Positions 1-12,160 of a DNA stretch of 64,000 bases are shown piece by piece. The notes under the pieces are model-generated. The model saw only the letters and a list, made by a program, of their open reading frames with translations, was not told the origin of the DNA and did no database searches. Location of the stretch: contig MU054187.1 of assembly GCA_013239625.1 (NCBI GenBank), forward strand, positions 7,079,757 to 7,143,756. Direction: 5' to 3'. Origin of the DNA: Lama guanicoe (Eukaryota). Every line of letters starts with the position of its first letter. Position 1 is the first letter of the stretch. A program made the position numbers and the translations under genes.

Positions 1-116
1 ATATGCATATGTATACATATGAATAAATGTAGCACATCTATTTTGTGTATTTTTGTAGAATAAATGTAACATAAAAGGTTTCCGTGAGGACTTTGCACTG
101 CCAGTGTTACTGCTAC

Positions 117-500
117 TGCAGTGGACTTCGTGGTTGCCGCCCCCGCGTCTGATCCATACCATCGTCTCCTCCGTGTAGCCGCCATGTTGTTCCAGTAATG
201 TTGACATGGTGATCGGTCTCTGTCTCTCTGTCTCCCCCTCGCCCCCGGAAGCCCTCCGTCCTGAGAGCGGTAGACAGCCACCTGCGTTAGGGGGGCTCCT
301 AACGCTTGGGCTCTGTGGGAAGAGGACTTGAGGGGTACCAAGTAACAGGCTCCTGGTGACCGCCTCAGCCAGTAGATAGCCACACTCATGAAGCCTGGTG
401 GACATCATTTGTCCCTTTCGGGGCCAGCACATTGCACGTGGTCTACGCCAGTTTAAGTTGGCTTTCCTGTTATTTGCAACCAAAAGCTTCCTAGTTTGCG
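117..500 (+). mobile_element. Degenerate MaLR (MLT1-type) solo LTR
   Basis: 3' end 'gccagtttaagttggctttcctgttatttgcaaccaaaagcttccta' resembles the recalled MLT1 LTR terminus; start approximate. Confidence 0.45.
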
Positions 501-544
501 TAGTAAGTATTCAGAACACTTCAGGAGGGAAGAGGGCATAAGTC

Positions 545-715
545 ATATACCGAGTGCCTACACCTCATACCATTTTATCCCACTAAATGGTAGGTACCAT
601 TTTCCCAAGTTTTACAGATAAGAAAGCCAAGGTGCCTAGAAGGGGACTCACTTGACCGAGGGCACAGTGGCCGAGGCAGAATTATCATCAGGGACAGCAA
701 AGCCCACTTTCATTC
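545..715 (-). mobile_element. MIR SINE fragment
   Basis: 'ttttacagataagaaagccaagg...cttgaccgagggcacag' matches the reverse-complement MIR core. Confidence 0.55.
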
Positions 716-1189
716 TGCCAGACCAGCAGTTCTCCACCTCCTTCTCCTGTATCTCATGGAGCAGATGCGTCCACGTACTCAGCACACTCCCCCAGGCGCA
801 CCTGTGGTTGAGTGCAGTTCCTGGCCTCTTCCTGTAATTCAGCCTTTTTCTCTGCTATTCAGGAAAGCTGATCAGGATGCAAGTTAGAGTGGCATTCTTA
901 CATGGTAACCTTGAAATTGCTTTAATTTAAAAGGAAAAAAAATTACCCGAACCCTCAACTAAGGCCTTCTGTAGTTGAGCCTCGAATTATTTTAGACAAA
1001 TCTTACTAACACATTGCTCCTTTCTGCCTCCTTCTGTGAGAATAAGGTAGACACACCCTCTTACACTTTCAGGACACGCGGGAGGGCCCATGAGACTTAC
1101 AGCGTGTGTGCAGAGCGAGCCCTGGAGCGCAGATGTGCCAGGCCGAGCTCTGATGTTTCCATAGGAAGCAAAGCAATCCCACAGTACCT

Positions 1190-1585
1190 TTTTGTTTTGT
1201 TTTTGTGTTTTTTGTGTTTTTTTTTAAGTTTGATAGGGGTTTTTTTTTCATATTTACTATCATTCACCATCATTGCATTCTTTTTTATTGAAGTATAGTT
1301 GGTTTGCAATGTTGTGTTAATTTCTGGTGCACAGCATATGGACTCATTCATATATATATATAATATGTGTATTCCTTTTCATATTCTTTTTCATCACAGG
1401 CCATTACAAGTATTGAGTATAGTTCCCTATGCTCTACCGTAGGACCTTGTTGTTTATCTATTTTATATATAGTAGTGTGTATCTACAAATCCCAAACTCC
1501 CAGTTTATCCCTCCCTACCCTCTTTCTCCCCTGGTGACCGTAACCTTGTTTTCTGTGTCTGTGGGTCTGTCTCTGTGTTGTAAAG
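1190..1585 (-). mobile_element. 5'-truncated L1 (3' UTR only) with extended T-rich tail
   Basis: 'ttttttattgaagtatagttggtttgcaatgttgtgttaatttctgg...agttccctatgct...aggaccttgttgtttatctattttatatatagtagtg' is a typical cetartiodactyl L1 3' end in antisense; imperfect flanking repeats cccacagtacct (1178-1189) / cccacagtgtct (1586-1597). Confidence 0.85.
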
Positions 1586-2849
1586 CCCACAGTGTCTCGG
1601 TCGTGGTTCTGGACGCTTCCTCTACGAGCTCGCACGTCGGTGAGTCCGGATTCCACCTGATCTGGCTGCAGCAGGTCTGTTGACCTTGCATTGGCTAGTT
1701 TGCTTTTACTTAATGCGTTTACTCACCACATTCCAGGAGGTTGGGGATGGCTTGCAATAACGTCATGGAACTTGTCACTGTCAACAAATGGAACAACAGT
1801 CCAAAGAACTGAGCAGTGAAATGGGGGTGGGGAGTGATTGGGTGTCTTGAGAATTGGTTACTGCCAGACAGGAAGTGCCTCTGAAACATGAAACAAACAC
1901 TGGAACCATTTTCTGTTTCCACCCCACAGTCCCAAACTCTTTAACAAGTCTCTGTGGTAAACATACTTCACGCACAGCTTCCATTAAGTAGGCTGGAGAA
2001 CCTAAGCCCAACCACAAGCCAAACCCAAGGAACGTCTTAAAGCTAGGTCTTTGTCCTATGGCCCTGAGAACTGATACCTCGGCAGGTGGCTGGAGACCTG
2101 TGTGAATTCAGACCAGAACATCATGTTGTTCACTGATTCTCCTGCTGTTGGCTCTTGGATTAAAAGCACTGATTTTTAAACCATTTAGAAAATTGTTTTC
2201 CTCTGCATATAAACTCCCTTCAGATGTAGGGAAATGCAAACAGTGTTGCATTCTGCTTTTTTCTCAACCCTATGTTTTCTGGTTTTAAATTTTGCTTACA
2301 TTCAATCTAAGAGTGGGCTTTTCACTTTAATAAGGAACAACACTTCAAGAATCTTGGTTTATGTCCCATCCCATTCGTATCTCCTGTCTCTCTCTTTCAC
2401 ATCAGCCTTCTTCACTGATGGTGTGGTTATGAGGACCAGACTCGGGGGGCCAGAGATAGACAGTTCCTGAACCTAGAACACATGTGTCTGTCTGCGAGAT
2501 GCAGTAACAAACACCCCCGCCCACACCCACAGCTCACCAGAGACCTGCCGGTTCCTCGTGTCCTCTTAGTAAGACAGGAACATTAGGTGACCGTGAAATT
2601 AGGCACCTCTTGTCTTTTCACTTCTTTCTGTCTGTGTTCAGCACACTGTACTCTACTAAATCTGCCAAACATGCCTTACAAGGGCTTATCTCCCCTTAAA
2701 GCAGCATATGAATTTCGTTTGTTTCATAAGTTATTTCCTTCCATATTTAGACAATCTTAGTTGCTCCCTCCTTGAATTCCTGGCCCACTGGGTCATTTAT
2801 TTTATATATATTTCTAACCACTGTGGCAGCAGTCTCTGTGTACGGCTCT

Positions 2850-2980
2850 AATCTTGAGTCAGTTCTCCCAACTATACTGGGCTCTTCAAGGACGGGGATC
2901 GTGATCTCCCGTGTCCCCAGCCCACTGTCACTGCAGAGTAGAGCGCTTATAATTTTTTTCTGAGTAAAGGAATGAAGAAA
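2850..2980 (+). mobile_element. L2 LINE 3' fragment
   Basis: 'tctcccaactatactgggctcttcaaggacgggga...tgagtaaaggaatgaa' resembles the L2 3' end. Confidence 0.4.
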
Positions 2981-3038
2981 TACGAGGACCCACCATGTAG
3001 TTTAAGATTCCCTGTGCTATACAGATGCTAATTCTCAA

Positions 3039-3305
3039 ATGGATTTAAGCATTCAGATAACTGATGATGATGTGAATGAGATAATTCAAATAGATGAAAC
3101 TGGAGATAAAGCTTCCGATGATGAAATAAGAAGTACAAGAGATGTAGATGAGAATGGATCTCTAGGGATTATTGATGCAGGAGACCTGCAGGTACTTGAG
3201 GAAGAAGCTGACTGTATATCAAATGAAGAGTCAACTGCCAACAGTAGTGATGACGAAGACCCTCAAATAGACCTTGTAGAAGAGAAAAGTCCGGAGACGG
3301 TGTGA
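3039..3305 (+). other. Unexplained acidic 88-aa ORF or candidate exon
   Basis: 30 of 88 residues are D/E and only 4 are K/R; frame open from 3006; acceptor-like 'tgtgctatacag' ends 3024; donor-like GT sites at 3300 and 3302; no homology recognised. Confidence 0.3.
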
Positions 3306-4627
3306 GTGAGTGGGTTTTACCAGACCCGTTTGACACGGAGAACATAATTGTTTAAGTTTAAGATGCATTGACATAGAGATGGTCTGAAGTAAAGAGCTGG
3401 CTGGTGGATTTTTTCCTCCCAACACCCTGCTCAGATGGTGCCTGGTCTGACTGGGGAGGAACAGACAGATGCAAGGGAAGCAGCCAGACTGAGCTGCTGG
3501 GCATCTGCACTGCCTGCCCCCCTGGTGTGAGCGCGGCTCTCAGCTGCACAGAATCCCGCTCCCCGCTGGGAATCTGGATCAGTCCCCTGCGCTGCGCTTC
3601 CTGCCAGGTGTTCTCACGACTGCCAGTTCCCTTGGATGACAGTATGAAGCAGGGACTTAATACAGTACAGCGCTTCTGGGGAAACACATTGTCATTTAGA
3701 ATTTACTTGGGAGCCCCCATGGACACGCTCTTTGACTGTCTTTGGCATCTGTGCTTCGGTTAGAGCTCCTGGTCTGATGCTTTCTTTGACGAGCACAGCT
3801 CAGTTCGGCCAGGGGCTCTATTAAACTCTTCTCTGTTGGTGACATCCACGAGAAATGAGATGATCACCTAGCACGTACCTTGTCATCACATTGATCAGGA
3901 CTGTTCGCTGAAGGTGAAGCCCAGCCTCGTGGCACCAGGAGGTGACATCAAGGCCTGGCAGAGAGACAGAGCCACTCACCCGTGCCAAGGCTGCAGTCTG
4001 GTTCTGCCGAGCATCCCCTGCTTAATCCCCTAGACTGAGGCTCCGTGCCTTCACGATCTGGTCCAAAGGATAACATCTATATTTGTGCTGAAGCCCCAAG
4101 GGGGAGAAGCTGCATTAAGATGAATGTGTGCTTTGCTGGCTGCAGCGTAATGAACATGATGCTATAATTATCCGTGTTTTAATAGAGCTAGGAAGCTAAT
4201 CTCTTTGAGAATTAGTGTCCTTGGCAGACAGGCTCAGCGTTTCGCATTGGTTTGGGGATGATGCGTAGCTTTGTAGTGTGTGTGTGTCAGCATTTTGGCG
4301 TCTCTGGGTGAACACCATACTGGAAATATTTCAGTGTATAAGTTCGCTTAGAAGTCAGTGTGTGGTACACTTGGCGATCGGCTCCGCCTTTCAATTCCAC
4401 TCTGTGAGAAAGTTTATTGAAGTAGCCTAAGACTGTGGCAGCCCTCCCCAGCACCTGCATCTCCGACTCCTTCTAGTTCAAGTATCCACACTGAGAGGTA
4501 GTGAGATTTGAAGGACTGTGCATGAAAAATTCTGCTCCGCGTCCCATATCACCGTTGGGTTTGGTGCTTTACATTCCAGTACAGGTGAGTCGGCATTTTG
4601 GACGGAGGAAATATCGTCCCCTAGAAT

Positions 4628-4920
4628 ATTCATTTACTCATTCTTTCCACAAATCTTTCGGTGTCCACCCAGTGTCACTTGCTCTTCCGGGCACTGTGTA
4701 TACAACCACTGGCCAAACAAAACTCTCTGACATTCTAGTGGGGGAGACAGAAAATAAATCAAATAAATACATAAAATATGTAATTTGGAGATGATGAAAT
4801 GTTCCACCGAGGAAAAGAAAACAGGAAATAAAAAGGGAGTTGGGCCAGGAGCTGTAATGTATACTTTGATCAGGAGAGACTCCACTGAAAATGTGACTTT
4901 AAGTAAACACTTTTGAAGTG
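4628..4920 (-). mobile_element. L2 LINE fragment
   Basis: 'cattctagtgggggagacagaaaataaa...tcaggagagactccactgaaaatgtgactttaag' matches antisense L2. Confidence 0.6.
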
Positions 4921-5345
4921 TGATTATCCCAAGGGAAAAAAAATGTAAAAAGATGGAATTTTCACAAGTAATAACTAAAACTGTTAACAGCTGTTGCCTT
5001 TGGGAGAGCAGCTTGCAGCACGGCCCCGCTGCAGTGGAACGGCTAGAGAAATTAGATTGGGATTCCACATGGGGACACCCAAAAATTCTTCTATTTTATC
5101 ATTTGGCTTCTAGCCACGTTAGGACCAGGACTGGTGACCTTTATGTGGTCATCTTCGGATTCTACCTCCCAAACCAGGGTTTCAGGATGCTTGGATGGGG
5201 AGAATCATCCTCTGAGGAACATAATTGCATTTGGGAGGGAGAGTTTCTTCAGTTTGAAACCTTCATTTTGTAAATTCTTCTCCTTCCTGCCACTGTTTCT
5301 TAAATTTGTAGATGTGTGTGTGTGTGTGTGTATTGAAGCTGAAGA

Positions 5346-5442
5346 TTTTTTGTTTGTTTTTTTAATAGAGGTACAGGGAATTGAACCCAGGACCTTGCAT
5401 ATGCTAAGTATATGCGCTACCACTGAGCTATACCCTCCACCC
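5346..5442 (-). mobile_element. tRNA(Ala)-derived camelid SINE (vic-1-like)
   Basis: Reverse complement reads GGAGGGTATAGCTCAGTGGTAGCGCATATACTTAGCATATGCAAGGTCCTGGGTTCAATTCCCTGTACCTC plus an A-rich tail; Pol III A-box at 5420-5430 and B-box at 5377-5387. Confidence 0.85.
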
Positions 5443-6394
5443 CCGTGTAGCTGGGTTTTGGGAGCTTCTTAAGCTTTTAAAATGGTTCTCCCTTTTCTTT
5501 GAGTCTTTGATCATTACTTACACAGAGAGAAGAAGCTCACATGTATAAATTGATAGTTCATATTATATTCACAGAAATGATAATTATGCCTGGATTTTTT
5601 AAGTCTTTTCTCTCCAGACTCTGAGTAAACAGAACTCCTTCACCATGGAATTATGGAAAACAAAGTTATGATAATAGTTATTCTGCAAACTCGTCCAAAT
5701 TTGCAAGGTTTTAGACATGAAGGAAAGGCGGCAGATTGAAATGGAGAACTGGAGCACACTGGAGAGTGAGGGGTCTGCCGAGGGCGGGGCTCGTCCCGGA
5801 GCAGCGATGCTCTGCCTTCAGGTGCATCGTCATCACCACGGCAACTTCATGATAATGAGGAAAGGTGGGCGGAGCTTTGCCCTGCCATTGAGCTTTCCCT
5901 GGGGCTCGCTTTATTCTCTGATGAATTTCTTGCCTTGGATCTGGGACTCTTTATGAAGCACCATGGTCGTGAAATGGAAGCGCTTCCCCTTAGTAGGCTG
6001 AATCCAGTGTGTGTTCAAATGGCTGTGCTCGGGAAGCCTGGCTCCCAGCTAAACAGCAGCCGTAAGTGGCCAGAGTTGCTCCCTTTAAAGGTTAGTGAGA
6101 ACCAGGCTAGGTAGGGTGGAGCACCTGGCGAGTTTGAAGAGAAGACCAGCCAACATGACGCTAATAAATAGAACAGCGCCTACTCTGGCCTGACTCTGTA
6201 GTGCAGCTTCTCTTTTGCAGTGAATTGCTGAATTATGAAATTACCACAGCCCACACTTCATTTGGTGGTTGGGAATTATGTCACTTTGACCATAATTAAG
6301 TGTATTTTTTCACACACCCCCCCCAAACCAACATAAGGTGAGTCTCACATGTGAACTGTAAAGCCAGCTCTTCCTTATCACTGATAGCCTAACA

Positions 6395-6580
6395 CATGGT
6401 TTTCATACTTCAGGACGGGTCAGAATGGCCTGGAGGGCCTGCTAAACCAGAGTGCTGGGATCCGCCCAGACTGTTCTGTAAATCCGGGGTGGGGCCCAGG
6501 CATTTCTGTTTCTAGCAGGAATTAGAAACATTTGCATCTGTTGACACTGCGGCTCCTGGACCACACTTTGAGAGCCACTG
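6395..6580 (-). mobile_element. MER5A-like hAT-Charlie MITE
   Basis: Ends 'catggttttcatactt' and 'ccacactttgagagccactg'; internal 'ggggtggggcccagg'; imperfect 8-bp TSD gcctaaca/gtctaaaa. Confidence 0.65.
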
Positions 6581-7418
6581 GTCTAAAAGGTAACTTCCAC
6601 GTGGCTACCACTTCCTGTCAGGGAAATGCTTCTTTCTTTGCGGCAGAAATATAGTAGCCTTCCGTTTGTTGTCTCTCTCTTTGTATGTTTTCTGATTTTC
6701 TGAAAGTACCACTGAATGGTCCCAAAGGAAGTATTCATAAGCAGCTTCTTGTGAAACACAGCTCAACAAATAACATTCTGCTCATTGCAGATGTATATTG
6801 AAATTCAAATTGATTTGTGTGCATGTTTTGTTTATGAGTAGCATTATTTATAAAACTTGGAATTGGACTGTCTTGATGGAGTCATTACCACCATTCAGTT
6901 AACACTAAGTGATTCCTCTTTGCATCCAAAATTGATAGAGCTGGCAGATGAGCTCTGAGTTGAATCCATATACTGCTCATCTTATTGAAGTACTGGTAGC
7001 ATATGTCACAGTGTATGTGCTGCCTCAGTCATAGATGTGTCAGGTGATGCACATCATATGTGTATATACATATATTGTATAAATTGATGCACGCATGTGT
7101 GAATTGGTAAATCTGTATCTCTCTGTGTATAGACATAGATCTATCTATCTATATCTTTAAGTTCTCTTGGACCATGCATTAAAATTTTCAAGAAAATGTT
7201 CCTCAGTATTTTTGAAGCATTACTATAAGTGGAGCCATTTGGAACATGATAAAAAAAGTGTTTATAACATTTTTAAGAATAAAATTCATTTAAACATAAA
7301 TTTATCATCATAATGCCTTCAGAAAGCAAGACTGCAAACGCCCATGATGCCAAGTCTCTAGCTGAAGAAGAGAAGGGTTACATGATCCAGTTGCTTTCTC
7401 TACTAGATCTGAAAAAAA

Positions 7419-7440
7419 ATATATATATATATATATATAT
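7419..7440. repeat. (AT)n microsatellite
   Basis: Seen directly. Confidence 0.9.
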
Positions 7441-8280
7441 TTTAGGCATAAACATACAGAGCAGTTATTAAACACCTATTATATGTATGTCAAGCGTTAA
7501 TTTAACAATGATGTTAATATATGTCCTTTTATAGACCCTAAGCAATTGGATTTAATGAATTGCATTTGCTTTTAGCATCTTCTATACAGAAATTGGATAA
7601 GGGGCCAGTAGAACAGCAGTGGGCGTTTCCTGGGTGGTCTAAGTGGTGGATCCCTGGACACCTCCAGGAAGACCTGGAGAAACTAGACAGGAGGGGATTC
7701 TGTGGTCACAAAACTTTCTCTGGAAGGACCTATAAAGCCTTCTTGAAATAGCTGCTCCTTTTTCTTACTTCCTGAATTAAATTCTTCCGACAAGTGAAAC
7801 AGTATCTAGAGAGGTAACGTGCTCAGATTCTCTTAAGTGATATTGGAATGCTGGCAGTAAACCTCCATTCATTACTCCCAAACTGAAATGCATTTTACAT
7901 ACAATCCAAACCACTCTCAGCTACATTCCAGTCATGTTCCCAACGCACATGGAGGAGGAATCGTGATTTGTCGACTCAGTTCAGTATCGCTGAGTTCTGC
8001 CTTCCCACCAGGAGAGAGGAGATCCCAAAGTCAGCAGTGATCCTCAGAAGGGAGGCCCATCTCATCAGGGAGCAAGCACCTGCACACGTGGCACCATGTA
8101 CTCAAGGGCTGGCTTTGGCTGGAAGCACTACAGCATTTCAGGAAAGAGAACGAAGCCATGAATTGTTACCTTAACTTTTACTGTAGAGTAAATTCTGGTT
8201 AAGGCACGTTTCCAATGAAGACAAAAAGCTAGTATGTCCCGACAGCCAGACACCAAAGGAACTCATTATGTAATTGGTTG

Positions 8281-8383
8281 GGGTTTTTTTTTTGTGGCGT
8301 TTGACATTTTTATTATTTTTTTTGAACTATAGTCAGTTACAGTCTGTCAGTTTCTGGTGTACAGCATAACGTCCCAGTCATGC
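8281..8383 (-). mobile_element. Very short 5'-truncated L1 3' end
   Basis: T-rich tail then 'tatagtcagttac...tttctggtgtacagcataacgtcccagtcatg'; imperfect TSD tgtaattggttg (8269-8280) / tgtcactggttg (8384-8395). Confidence 0.7.
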
Positions 8384-8898
8384 TGTCACTGGTTGTTGTC
8401 TAACCAAGCTCCAGAATTTTTGTATAGATGGGGCACAGGAGCAACACTCTAGTTGGAAGGAAGAGATAAGGAATTTGTTTTGAAGTTGTGTTTGTTGAGT
8501 AAATGCACTGGTTTTTCTTAGGGTGTACTGGCCATGTTTTTTTTTTAAAGATGTCTTTGTTTATTTTTTATATGATTTTTCCCACTTACATAGATGTCCT
8601 TGGGGTTCTAAAGCACCTCATCCTTGGTGCTGCCACTGTTGGCAGAGACCTCTACATCCTTGTAAGGTGACATAAGTGATAAAATGGCTTCGATAAGAAA
8701 CACATTCTTCTCCAGCTTCACTTCCCAGGAAGATTCTGCTTTTCTTAGTTAGACTTCATTACCTCTGGCCACTTTTCCCTAATTGCATCTTGTTATATCT
8801 GGCGATGCTCTAATCAATTTCCCGCTTTTATATTTTTCATCCAACAGCTCTCAATCAGCAATGCCTTTGAGCTGTAGCGTGTAGTTTCATAGAGACTA

Positions 8899-9041
8899 CG
8901 GATGGCCCTTGAACGATGTGGGTTTGAACTGTGCGGGTCCACTTATTCGTAGATTTTTTTTTCAATAAACGCTGCAGTACTATGTGATCCTGCAGGCGGG
9001 GGTCCTGGAATCAGTCTCCCTTGGATACTGAGGGACGACTG
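8899..9041 (-). mobile_element. TcMar-Tigger MITE (MER8-like, internally deleted)
   Basis: Ends 'cccttgaac...ggtttgaactgtgcgggtccacttat' and 'ggtcctggaa...ggatactgagggacgactg'; TA at both flanks (8897-8898, 9042-9043). Confidence 0.75.
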
Positions 9042-11997
9042 TAGTCATCACATTTTTAGGAATCTCAGAAGATAAATCGCCTAGTCACTACGAAGCGGAG
9101 CTGGTGACTTTGAGAGTTGACTTCTGCTTTCTGGGGCACTTTGATCAGGTTGCTTTTGAAAGATACTCCTGCTCAACACAGCATTTGCAGAAGCAGGAGG
9201 ATGTTCACTTTTTGACACAACCTCAGAGAAGCCGAGTTCAAGGACAGAGCTATATGGTCTTTGTACCGCACCTCGTAGTGATGGTAACTGTGATTACGGC
9301 CCAGCGTCCCCGAGTCCAACATCTGCCAGAAGCCGCTTCCCCTGGCAGAAAGCAGGTGTCAGAGCACAGGGAGAAGGGACAGGAAAACAGAGCCCCGAGG
9401 AGCTTCAGGAAATCGTAGGTCTGGCTTGATCTCTAAACATGTCACTGGGAAACAAAGAGTTCTTGTTACAAGGTCGCTTTATGGTGAGTGGACTTTTTTT
9501 TTCCCCTACAAAATAAATCTTAAACAGAGTTCCAAAAGAAAGTGGTTTCAGTGTGTGTGTTGCCTTAAAATTCACATTGCTTAGTTTCAGCCACAAACCT
9601 GATTCTGTTGGGATTTCATGTAATAGGAGGAATCTTCTACTAGTGACAAGTCTCAGGTATTACATCAGCACTGAATGCAACTTCAGCCTCTGTGGTCTCT
9701 GTTAAAATTAGTGTTGATTTCTGGGTTCTTGTGCCATCGGTATGTTCCTCTGCAGTACACGGCAGTTTCTACCTTGACTCTTAGTGCATCTCTGCTTATA
9801 CTAATTTTGAGCAAATGAACTGATACACATTTATTTAAGCAGATAATGAAATATACCACAGCATCTCCCTTACCACTTCGTCCCCGGGCCCTCTGTCATC
9901 GCCTGCTATACTGTCGTGCATATAGAAAACTTGTTTATCTACTCCCAGTACCCTCCGAGCACCTAGAACAGTGCGAGGCTCCCGAGAGGCCGTCAGTGGA
10001 TGTCCCACAAACGAATAAACACTACTGTCCCGCGCCTTATTCTACCTGCTGATTCCTGTGTCTCTGCCCTGAAACGTGCATGTCATTCTTACATTGGCTC
10101 CAGGACTATTCAAACCGATCATCAGTTCCTTTTGAACTTGGGTGCAAACTTAGCAGCATAACTTTACAAATGTGACATCCTGAAGCATTAATTTCTTGCA
10201 TGATGACTCAATAAGAATAACTGGATCATCAAAGATGAAGTTATGGGAGCAGCGAAATATAAACATCCCAAACTGAAGGAAAACTGAGGGCTTTGCCTGA
10301 AACATCTGAAGAGTCAGTTGTCAAACTGCCAGAAAACAAGTATAAGCACTGATTTCAGCTTTACTGCAGTAGGAAATTGGCCAATTGTCATAGACTTTTC
10401 CACCAAGATTAGACCTATATTGTGTGCAGATCTTTGAAAAAGATTCAGAGGGTTTCTTTTGATCAATCCCATAAAGACATTAAACAATCTGGGTGCATTT
10501 TTTTCCCACTTCTTTCTGAAGTAAACATTGTAATGTGTGTTGTTTATGTCAGTCAGTCACATTCAAAACAAAAAGCAACAAATGGTCTAAACATTGCTTC
10601 CTCTTTGCATTAATAAATGTGTCAGCTTTCAATCAAGAAGAACTATAACACCCTTGGTGACTTATTATTTTAAATTTTTATCAAACTATACATTCATATA
10701 GTTTAATAACCAACTAGTTCAACAACATTGAAAACAGTGATCATTTCTCCCCGATTCTGCAACTGGCCCTTTGTTTGTGTTGCACATCTCTGAATTTCCA
10801 GTTTTGGTGTCTCCATCATTATCACTGTGTGAGTTCGGAAAGGATGTGTTGTGAATATGAACCAGACACTATTTCAAATCAGAAGTCTCTGGATTGCCTC
10901 TGGTTGAAATAGTTCATATAATTTTATTCTATTTAAGCATAAGCTTATAAAATGTTGGAACAGGTAACAAAAGGAAGTGCAATAGTGGACGTTTAAGTCT
11001 TGCCGTTACCCTCAGCACGCCATCCCCACGATTCTGACGGAGGGCGTCAGGGGAGCCAGCGCAGCTGTAAATATTGAAGGATGGGGTTTGTGCCAATGCA
11101 GCATATGGTTTTAAATGAACAGTGAATATTCTGTTATCTGGTGTGTGATGCCAGCGGGGAGAGTGGATTTGTGAAGACCTGGTACAGCTGAGCCTACATC
11201 ATTGGTGTCTAAGGTCTCAAGATGGATTGAGGGACTCATCTGAAGTCAGACAAGGTTGAGGCTGTTCATGAGTCACAGCTGGGCCCCATGGTGGCATCAG
11301 CAGTTGCTACTACCAGATACACTTTGAATGACTTGCCAGTGTCCCTAGTGACCTGCCCTTGATGGGAGCTGCCTGACATGTCTGGCACTGGGACATGATG
11401 CGTTCACTGTTGTCCTTAGAGAGGTCTTGGCTGGTCCATGTTCCTCTCGGAGCTCCTGACCGGTGATTAACGCAGGATCATACCTCCTTCTCTCCAGCCC
11501 TCAGAGGTTCAATTTTCTCCCATGTGGGTTTGCCAAAAGCGAAGGTAACTAAAAGAGCATTGTTTGAAGAGGGATAGCATTTGTAATTAGTAAAAATAAG
11601 GTGCTGACTTATGGCAGCTTCAGTTGACTATCAGGGGCTTTTTCTTGTGTATTCATTTCTCATCAGAAAGGTCAACTCCGAGGCCACCAGACTGGTGGTG
11701 AGGAGAAACAGAAGTCTGTATTCCATGACTTTAGTGATTACATTTCTATTGTTTGAATCACCTGTCAAATGCTTACAGAATTTCGAGGCCATTCCTTAAG
11801 ATGGCCCCTGGCCACCAGCTCAGTGATGGTCTAAACGGGTGATGGCATCGCTTCTCCAATCACCTGCAAGCAAAGACGGCCTGAAGGGTCAGCTGTTACT
11901 GGGCTTCAGGCTGCGGGGAGAGTCCAGGGCTGACGGCTTCCCTGGCCACGTGGACTGGCACACGGTGTGGCGTGCAGTCACGATGAAGGTGTTCTCT

Positions 11998-12160
11998 CAG
12001 GCAGTTTCTCAGATTTGGAAGTGCGTGACAGTCCCCTGGAAATCATGCTCAAATGTTGGTTCAGATTCTGTAGTTCTTGGTGGGGCCAAGGATTCTGCGG
12101 ACGACCTCCCAGGTGCTTCTGATGCCTCTGTCCACACCCACGCTTTGACACTACGAAGTC
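11998..12160 (-). mobile_element. MER5-family hAT-Charlie MITE
   Basis: 'ttcagattctgtag...ggtggggccaaggattctgc...ctcccaggtgcttctgatgc...cacgctttga'. Confidence 0.55.

Noticed and set aside
3404..3763. ORF with a TSP1-like 'DGAWSDW' and several Cys
   Set aside because: Non-ATG start, lacks the TSP1 CSxTC/RxR continuation, no convincing splice framing; likely chance
5367..5440. tRNA-Ala gene
   Set aside because: A-rich tail and SINE-type head with mismatches; a SINE rather than a functional tRNA
8899..9041. MITE with two dissimilar termini, suggesting a novel chimera
   Set aside because: The recalled MER8 consensus already has this arrangement
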